Shown here: positions 57,971 to 64,000 of the stretch, in pieces
Numbering within the stretch: position 1 is the first letter of the stretch
Layout of the letters: each line of letters starts with the position of its first letter
Origin: a virus
Length of the DNA stretch: 64,000 nt
Reading direction: 5' to 3' (one strand)
IMG/VR virus record: IMGVR_UViG_3300042934_000398
Coordinates: 35,444 to 99,443 of that record
The notes under the pieces: generated by a model
The model's database searches: none
The model's input: only the letters and a program-made list of their open reading frames with translations
What the model was told of the DNA's origin: nothing
Position numbers and translations under genes: made by a program

Positions 57971-58790
57971 TAGCGGATACCTCCTGAAGTAAAGTAGTAT
58001 CAAACTCATCCAATAACTGATTCTTCTTGATTAGTCGATATATAAACTTTAATCCTTTTGGAATTACTAATGTTACGATTGAAATATGCTTAGTTTTTTC
58101 ATTTTCTTCAACAACCGTTTTAAAATATGGCGACTTTATGTATTTACCCATTGGCTCGTTATACCCAGTTTGTTTCGATAATATTTTCTTTTCACGTAGA
58201 AGAGAACAGAGAGTAGTTCTACCTATTTCAATATTATCAGCAACTTGCTTTAATGTTAATAATCCTTTTCGCTGCATTAAATTTCGTGCTAGTTCTGCAT
58301 CTGGTTCAAGTTCTGAAATACGTTTTTTATATTCTTCATTTGACTTGATTAAATCATTTACCATTGATTTTTTAGTTGTATCACTAAAAGAAGAGAAGTT
58401 ATTATTCACAAATTCTTCTTCTCGACCTTCTTGAACAACGCCACCAGTTAATCTGATTTGTTTAAGATAAGCTTTGATGTCTTTTCTAAGTGTTTTAGCA
58501 ATTGCCTTACGAGAAGATATTAAAGTATCATACATTCCATCTTCATTTATAAATAAAGATTTTTGTTCTCCTCCAAGGGTGTATTTTAAAAATATACCCT
58601 TTTGATCTTCCGTTAACTCTGCTTGTTTAAGCATTTGACTAACATTTTGTACACTTAGCCAATTTGCAATATCAGACGCTAGAAAATATGGATTTTCATA
58701 ATCACCATAAAAATCTATTTCTAATTTCTTGCTTACTAAGTTCATTGTTCCTGCTAACTTTAATACTTTTAATTCATCTTTCATATTCAT
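57963..58790 (-). CDS. Phage antirepressor (BRO-N plus KilA-C/ANT domain)
   Basis: PYFLASDIA, FINEDGMY...SRK, IRLTG, IGRTTLCSLLR, TLVIPKG. Confidence 0.9.
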   Translation of the reverse strand: MNMKDELKVLKLAGTMNLVSKKLEIDFYGDYENPYFLASDIANWLSVQNVSQMLKQAELTEDQKGIFLKYTLGGEQKSLFINEDGMYDTLISSRKAIAKTLRKDIKAYLKQIRLTGGVVQEGREEEFVNNNFSSFSDTTKKSMVNDLIKSNEEYKKRISELEPDAELARNLMQRKGLLTLKQVADNIEIGRTTLCSLLREKKILSKQTGYNEPMGKYIKSPYFKTVVEENEKTKHISIVTLVIPKGLKFIYRLIKKNQLLDEFDTTLLQEVSANA

Positions 58791-58807
58791 TTCCTCCTAA
58801 AATATAA

Positions 58808-58908
58808 TTGATATTATTTTAGAAGTATGATAATATAACAATATAAGAGTAACATCCTTATGTATGACAGTCACTTATCTTTTCGAGGGAGTAGTGACTG
58901 TCTTTTTT
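58808..58908 (+). ncRNA. Putative ~65-nt antisense RNA to the antirepressor leader (promoter included)
   Basis: TTGATA-N17-TAATAT with extended TG on +, small hairpin, then GACAGTCACT/AGTGACTGTC stem and T6. Confidence 0.55.
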
Positions 58909-59110
58909 ATTTACCACGTTTTAAGTTAGATTTAATCACGTTTATTGCATTATCATTAAATAAATAACTTCCTTTCGCTGTTTCTCTAAAATCTGATTCA
59001 TTTAAATTTAATGATTTTGCCAGTCTGATTAAATATGCTGTCGTAATATCCAGCATTCTTGAAACTTCTGTAGTAATGTATACTTTCCTTACATCGTCAT
59101 TCATATACAT
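58907..59110 (-). CDS. Small HTH DNA-binding protein
   Basis: VYITTEVSRMLDITTAYLIR...YLF. Confidence 0.75.
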   Translation of the reverse strand: MYMNDDVRKVYITTEVSRMLDITTAYLIRLAKSLNLNESDFRETAKGSYLFNDNAINVIKSNLKRGK

Positions 59111-59130
59111 ACCTCCTTGTTACAAGATTA

Positions 59131-59159
59131 ACTTTATCATCATTAAGGCTAAATGTCAA
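59131..59159 (-). promoter_or_regulatory. SigA-type promoter of the HTH-antirepressor operon
   Basis: TTGACA-N17-TAAAGT with extended TG. Confidence 0.75.
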
Positions 59160-59196
59160 TACTAAATATGAAAATTTTACTAATTATTTTTCCATC

Positions 59197-59228
59197 AAAA
59201 AGCACCTACTTTTTTAAGGTAGATGCTT
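59197..59228 (-). terminator. Rho-independent terminator of the DUF3800-associated RNA
   Basis: AAGCATCTAC...GTAGGTGCTTTTT; duplicated at 60306-60337. Confidence 0.8.
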
Positions 59229-59450
59229 AATTTTTTATTAATTTTATAAAACAAATAAGACTGAAACAGAATTGGCTACACCATATCTGAAACAATCTTA
59301 TCTATCGCTTTCGCTAAGAATCATGGCTACACCAGTCATCCTATATAAAGTATATTACTAAAATTCAAAATTATGCAAGTATCATGGTTACACCAGTTAA
59401 TTACTTACAAGACTATACAAAGAAATGGCTACACCTTAGTTTGTATGTCT
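59197..59450 (-). ncRNA. DUF3800-associated structured RNA: four hairpins capped by GGUGUA(G/A)CC
   Basis: Motif at 59427, 59386, 59325, 59274, each inside a different but well-paired stem; own promoter and terminator. Confidence 0.8.
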
Positions 59451-59456
59451 AATTGA

Positions 59457-59485
59457 ATGTTATCACAATTAAATGTTTAAGTCAA
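59457..59485 (-). promoter_or_regulatory. SigA-type promoter for the ncRNA
   Basis: TTGACT-N17-TAACAT with extended TG; predicted +1 near 59450, the first base of hairpin 1. Confidence 0.75.
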
Positions 59486-59498
59486 TATAGTTTTTACC

Positions 59499-60230
59499 CT
59501 ATTCTAAAAGATTTTTAAATCCAAACCTACTCTCTGTACAATCATTATATCCTTTATATACTTTATCTTTAAATATTGCATATAATCCACAATAATCATT
59601 ACTATTAATCAAATGCCTTACAAAAGCCATTGGTATAAAATCTGCCAATTGAACTCCTAAGTTGTTATCTGATTTTAATGGGAAACTCAATATAGACAAT
59701 CTATCCATTATAGTCATAGAATCAATAAATAGCGTACCACCAGTGATTAAACGATAATAGCAAATTTGAAGATATTTATTTTCTTTGAGATTCCTTGATT
59801 CTATAAAGAATGATCCAGTTGCGTTTTTACTCAAAAGAAAATGAACAAAATTTTCTAAAATAATTTGAAGCGTAATATTATAAATATCATTTGTATGATT
59901 ATTAAAGTACATGTCACTATATTTTTTAGTATCTATAGATGATACGAATACTTCGATATCAAGTTCTTTTATCAATTTCTTAATTCCTTCAAATAATTTT
60001 ATACGGATAGTGTTATCTGTTAGAAACTCAAATCCTTTTCTATTTTTACGCATATCATATAAATGAAGAGGTAATTCTGGATTTGGCATATTCTCAATTT
60101 TAATCTTCTGTAATTTAGGTTTTAAGATATTTTCATAATCATCTATTTTAATTGCATATCCCCCTAGAGCAAAATATGTTCCAAACGCATTTGGTTTTAT
60201 TTCATCTAAAAATAAATAGTATTCGTCCAT
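59499..60230 (-). CDS. DUF3800 family protein (RNase H-like fold, putative nuclease)
   Basis: YYLFLDE, LH, IESR, K...LGVQLADF; GAGGAG RBS. Confidence 0.85.
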   Translation of the reverse strand: MDEYYLFLDEIKPNAFGTYFALGGYAIKIDDYENILKPKLQKIKIENMPNPELPLHLYDMRKNRKGFEFLTDNTIRIKLFEGIKKLIKELDIEVFVSSIDTKKYSDMYFNNHTNDIYNITLQIILENFVHFLLSKNATGSFFIESRNLKENKYLQICYYRLITGGTLFIDSMTIMDRLSILSFPLKSDNNLGVQLADFIPMAFVRHLINSNDYCGLYAIFKDKVYKGYNDCTESRFGFKNLLE

Positions 60231-60265
60231 TTCAGCTCTCCTCATCAGTATTTAATAATAATGCC

Positions 60266-60294
60266 ATTATATACCAAATATGGAGAAAATACTA
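60266..60294 (-). promoter_or_regulatory. Moron promoter (shared with the P63C cassette)
   Basis: TAGTAT-N17-TATAAT; near-identical block at 61380-61408. Confidence 0.65.
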
Positions 60295-60305
60295 GAGTAA
60301 CTTAT

Positions 60306-60337
60306 AAAAGCAACTACTTTTTACGGTAGATGCTTAA
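60306..60337 (-). terminator. Terminator, near copy of 59197-59228
   Basis: AAGCATCTACC...GTAGTTGCTTTT. Confidence 0.75.
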
Positions 60338-60465
60338 TGATTTATATTAATATGCAAATATTGTTAAAAGCGGGTCCGCATCGATAAATCCTTATTTTAA
60401 GCCTATTGTAGCGATTTTTTATCGATAAAAATAGCCATTTTGACTACTTTTAGTCCGCCTCATTT

Positions 60466-61338
60466 TTAAATTTTTTCATCAATTGGTACAGCAAAAGAAC
60501 GTCTAAACATAGTTTCTAATTCATCCCATGAGTCGCATGCTCTAAACAAAGCCATATCAGAATAAATCAAATCTCTAAGCTGAATATAACCATATTCTTT
60601 AGAAAGTCTTTGATGTAGTTTATTCTTTCTATAGTTCTTTCCTTTAATAATAGGATTAAGACGTTTTAATTCATCTAATACGCCATCTGGTAATCTATGA
60701 TAAATTAAAAAATTTGTTAATTTACCAACATAAGAATTATGATAGTGACCATTATATTCCCATTGTTTTAATCTATATAATTCTTTGTAAAATTCATCTG
60801 GAAAAACCTTAGTCCAAGGTAATAATTCTGCACTAATATATGCAGCTAATATTTTTTGTAGTTCTTCCTCTTCCCGATCTTTTTCATATCCTGTGGCTTC
60901 ATCAATCAAAGCCGTAATACCAACTTTTGATAATGCTCTAACCAAAATACCACTCATTATAGCTAGTGGCTTTTGACTATCGGTTAATACTTTATCATCA
61001 TCTGCTTGTAAATAAACTTCACATATTAATGGGAGTATTTCTGCATTATACCCAACATATTTAACTTTACCATTTTTAGAAGTATATTTAACTTCTAAAT
61101 CAAATCCATCTGAAAATACATTATTAATATACGGTTCTAGATTTTTAGCATCCAAAAAACTTGGCATATTTTCTAATCTCTTATCTGACAAAGATTTTCC
61201 CTTTCTTGCCCTGCCAAAAGCTTCAAATACTGCTGTCGATGTTAATACTCTTGTCTTATCATCTAAAACTGCACAACCTAGCTCTTTCCCATTGATTTTA
61301 ACTTTACCTGAATATAATCGTTTTGGTAATTCACTCAT
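60466..61338 (-). CDS. P63C-domain protein
   Basis: CAVLDDKTRVL, VGITALIDEATGY, LLPWTKVFPDEFYKELYRL, KLHQ. Confidence 0.9.
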   Translation of the reverse strand: MSELPKRLYSGKVKINGKELGCAVLDDKTRVLTSTAVFEAFGRARKGKSLSDKRLENMPSFLDAKNLEPYINNVFSDGFDLEVKYTSKNGKVKYVGYNAEILPLICEVYLQADDDKVLTDSQKPLAIMSGILVRALSKVGITALIDEATGYEKDREEEELQKILAAYISAELLPWTKVFPDEFYKELYRLKQWEYNGHYHNSYVGKLTNFLIYHRLPDGVLDELKRLNPIIKGKNYRKNKLHQRLSKEYGYIQLRDLIYSDMALFRACDSWDELETMFRRSFAVPIDEKI

Positions 61339-61379
61339 TATTTTATCCTCCTCATTGGTATATAATCTTATCATATTAC

Positions 61380-61408
61380 ATTATATACCAAATTGGAATA
61401 AAATACTA
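61380..61408 (-). promoter_or_regulatory. Moron promoter of the P63C gene
   Basis: TAGTAT-N17-TATAAT. Confidence 0.65.
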
Positions 61409-61420
61409 GAATAATTTAAA

Positions 61421-61452
61421 AAGAGCCGAAGATTTGGGAATCAACGACTCTT
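61421..61452 (-). terminator. Terminator after the Ig-like gene
   Basis: AAGAGTCG...CGGCTCTTTTT on - strand. Confidence 0.55.
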
Positions 61453-61482
61453 GGGGATAACTTGTTATTTTATTGTTATTAT

Positions 61483-62445
61483 TTATTCTACTACTACATC
61501 ACATAAAAGAACTATTACTTCTTTGTTTGGATTTGTAATTGTACACTGTATCTTAGTATTTCCTTTTTTCAATGCTGTTACTATACCACCAACAGATGTG
61601 ACTTTTGCAACAGATTTGTCCAATGATACAAATTTTACTTTAGCTTTTGTAAGTTTATTTTCAACATCAATATCAAAAGTGTCATTAACAGTTAACTCTA
61701 ATTCAGAATCAGATAATGTAGTAACGTCTTCAATTTCAGAAATATTATCAACTGTTACATTGGAATTTAATTCATAAACTTTATCATCAACAGTAGTAAC
61801 TTTACATGTTATTTTAGCTTGTCCATTTTTTAAGCCTTTAACAACACCTTTTTTATTAACTGTGGCTATTTTAGTATCACTTGACGACCATTCGTATGTT
61901 GCACCATCTTCCCTGTCTATTAGATTAATATCATATGATGCAGAAGTTTCTAGTAGAAGAGAAGTAGATGTAAGTGTGGTAGAAAAATATTTTTGTTGAG
62001 TACTATTATCTGGTTCTGATTGACGTATATCGTCGTTTATAACTGGTACAACTATTTCATCTGTTCCTATAATTTTAATTTTAATTGGAATTAGTTCTGG
62101 TAAATATGTGTTATAATCAATTATAATTAAATGAGCATCAACAATTTGTTCTCCATAGACAATTTTATCTAGTGGATTATTCCATCCAATATCAGCTATA
62201 ATTGTATCACCATTGAATTTAACTGTAGTTGCCAAAACTCTGTACCTCATCAATTCCTCTCCGGCAATTGCTTCAAGAGGAGATGAACTATCTTTTGTAT
62301 CATTTACCTTAAATGAAATTTCATATTCACTAGGACACTCTTTTAATGTAAATGGTTGCATATCAGTGGCATTAACTATATTAAATGGTAATATAACTAA
62401 GATAAATAATAAAAAAGTACTAAATAGCTTGTAATATTTTTTCAA
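61483..62445 (-). CDS. Secreted protein with two Ig-like (Big_2) domains
   Basis: Signal peptide ending VNA; WSSSDTKIATVNKKGVVKGLKNG and second repeat. Confidence 0.85.
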   Translation of the reverse strand: MKKYYKLFSTFLLFILVILPFNIVNATDMQPFTLKECPSEYEISFKVNDTKDSSSPLEAIAGEELMRYRVLATTVKFNGDTIIADIGWNNPLDKIVYGEQIVDAHLIIIDYNTYLPELIPIKIKIIGTDEIVVPVINDDIRQSEPDNSTQQKYFSTTLTSTSLLLETSASYDINLIDREDGATYEWSSSDTKIATVNKKGVVKGLKNGQAKITCKVTTVDDKVYELNSNVTVDNISEIEDVTTLSDSELELTVNDTFDIDVENKLTKAKVKFVSLDKSVAKVTSVGGIVTALKKGNTKIQCTITNPNKEVIVLLCDVVVE

Positions 62446-62498
62446 TTTATACACCTCCTAATAATATTATACCACTAATTTTACAAAATACAACAATA

Positions 62499-63998
62499 TC
62501 ATAATAACTTTTCTTCAATATTTTTTAGTTTTTTCATTATTATAGGTATAAACTCTTCATATCTTAAAAAATATTTGTAATCAATAATTTCACTTGTTGT
62601 GTCATATTCACCGTCATCATTTTTAACTAAATATATTGGCTCTTTTACTAAACCTCCAAATTCCTGTGTGGTAATGCCATTTTTCAACAATAACCGTTCA
62701 ACATCTTGTGCTTTCATACCAGCGTGAAATCTATCGCTTGTTCCTTCATTATATTTAAATAAATACGGAATTAATTCATCTAACATTTTAATATATCTAT
62801 CATCAATTTCTACAAAACTATTTTTCATTCTTTCGTCTGAACTAGTAATTATTCCAGATGAATTATAAACATTATTTGCATATACACTTGCCCAGTAAGC
62901 AGCACTACTCCCTAATCCCATACTACTGGAATTAGCATTTAAATTATATGCTGTACTAATAAAAGCAAAATAATACATTTCACTACTTGAACGTGTTAAT
63001 TGCCCAGCTGTGGTCGCCCAACCAGTAAATTGTGTACTAGATATATAATTGCTACTTATAGTTGAATTACCAACGGTAATTCCAACTGGTGTAATAGTTG
63101 TGTTTGATCCTCCTTGTGATACATTGATATAATTAGTTGATAATATTCCACCAGATATTGTAGTAGAGTATGATGCTCCACTTGAATTTATGGTCGCTCC
63201 TGTTATTGTTCCACCTGTGATTGTTGCAGAAGACGTAATATTACCACTAAAAGTTCCACTGTTTAATGTAGCATTATTAGCAGTCAAATTTCCTAGTGAA
63301 TCCACAATAAATTTATTATTAATATTCATTAAACCACCTGTAATAGAGCCGCTAAATGTACCATTTGTAAACGTACCATAGTTAGCTGTCAAATTTCCAC
63401 TGCTATCAACAATAAATCTATTGTTAATATTCATACTACCACCAGTAATTGTACCATTAAACACAGCATTGCCACTACCATCAATATAAAATTGATTCAC
63501 ACCACTCTTAGTTAATTTAATGCCATCTGTGGCATTTAATCTTATAGAATTAGTACCTTTATTAATAGTAATATCACAATTTGTAAATGTTGCACCATCT
63601 TTATTTAAAACGATAGAACTATTTGCATTCTCAACATATAAATTTTCAGTGATTGTTACTCTACCGATTAGATAGTCTACATTAATCCCCATGACTGTAT
63701 TTCCATCTGGGGCAATCATTCTACCAAATGCACTATTAGCACTAGCGAATCCATCATCAGAAAACATCATCACATTACTCGTTAACCACATTTGATAAGG
63801 TGAATAATCGTTTATATTTTCATCAAATTGTCTTGCTCTTAATCCAAACGTACCAAATGTAATTTCTTCTTTATCACTTGAAATCAATTTATTATATGTA
63901 GCATTAAGCATACCGTTTTTAAATTCAAGAAAACTTGAAGTATTCCTTACTGCCGAATCATAAGGTATCTTATTCATAGAAAATGAGCTAGAAGTTCT
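62499..63998 (-). CDS. C-terminal part of a tail spike/fibre protein with intramolecular chaperone (peptidase S74) domain
   Basis: Gly/Thr-rich GTITGG repeats, SSDERMKN, GMKAQDVE, LRYEEFIP; frame open to window edge. Confidence 0.85.
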   Translation of the reverse strand, partial: RTSSSFSMNKIPYDSAVRNTSSFLEFKNGMLNATYNKLISSDKEEITFGTFGLRARQFDENINDYSPYQMWLTSNVMMFSDDGFASANSAFGRMIAPDGNTVMGINVDYLIGRVTITENLYVENANSSIVLNKDGATFTNCDITINKGTNSIRLNATDGIKLTKSGVNQFYIDGSGNAVFNGTITGGSMNINNRFIVDSSGNLTANYGTFTNGTFSGSITGGLMNINNKFIVDSLGNLTANNATLNSGTFSGNITSSATITGGTITGATINSSGASYSTTISGGILSTNYINVSQGGSNTTITPVGITVGNSTISSNYISSTQFTGWATTAGQLTRSSSEMYYFAFISTAYNLNANSSSMGLGSSAAYWASVYANNVYNSSGIITSSDERMKNSFVEIDDRYIKMLDELIPYLFKYNEGTSDRFHAGMKAQDVERLLLKNGITTQEFGGLVKEPIYLVKNDDGEYDTTSEIIDYKYFLRYEEFIPIIMKKLKNIEEKLL

Positions 63999-64000
63999 AC

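Larger units (their letters stand above)
1..64000. mobile_element. Large SPbeta-like temperate phage genome segment (early/replication arm on +, late/tail/lysis arm on -)
   Basis: Phage replication operon with DnaE, NrdDG, serine integrase, holins, endolysin, BppU/tail fibre genes; the two arms converge at the integrase; no host housekeeping operons. Confidence 0.95.

Noticed and set aside
59255-59450. CRISPR array
   Set aside because: The conserved unit is only 9-11 nt, spacing is irregular (41, 61, 51 nt), the intervening sequences pair with each other as stems, and no cas genes are present
59255-59450. tRNA gene cluster
   Set aside because: GGTGTAGCC resembles a tRNA 5' region but there is no cloverleaf, T-loop GTTCGA or CCA end
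53872-63381. Short + strand ORFs inside tail and moron genes
   Set aside because: Antisense shadows; none starts at the inverted TTCGCAAT sites, so they are not alternative shufflon C-termini

Overview
The whole window is a segment of a large, AT-rich temperate siphophage of spore-forming Firmicutes (probably Clostridia), with SPbeta-like organisation. 1-50.1 kb (+ strand) is the early/replication arm. It has clusters of small accessory ORFs, an RNA ligase, a solo TnpB, a radical-SAM triad and a replication operon (SSB-like, AAA ATPase, DnaB, primase, PD-(D/E)xK nuclease, intein-containing DnaE, RecD2, LigA). It also has nucleotide metabolism genes (NrdH-like/NrdD/NrdG, dUTPase, ThyX-like, Gmk, NDT-like), homing endonucleases and a large serine integrase with a symmetric attP-like site inside its 3' end. 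50.2-64 kb (- strand) is the end of the late arm: tail fibre/BppU/beta-helix receptor-binding genes, a stack of moron cassettes, holins and endolysin. Most notable: (1) a DUF3800 RNase-H-like nuclease gene followed by a separately promoted and terminated ~250-nt ncRNA of four hairpins, each presenting a conserved GGUGUA(G/A)CC motif; (2) about 33 copies of a 20-bp quasi-palindrome (6-bp arms, variable 8-bp spacer) marking gene junctions in the accessory arrays, suggesting an integron-like cassette system; (3) inverted AGTTnnTTCGCAATWG sites bracketing each variable tail-fibre C-terminal domain. All calls come from motif reading by eye; no database searches were run.
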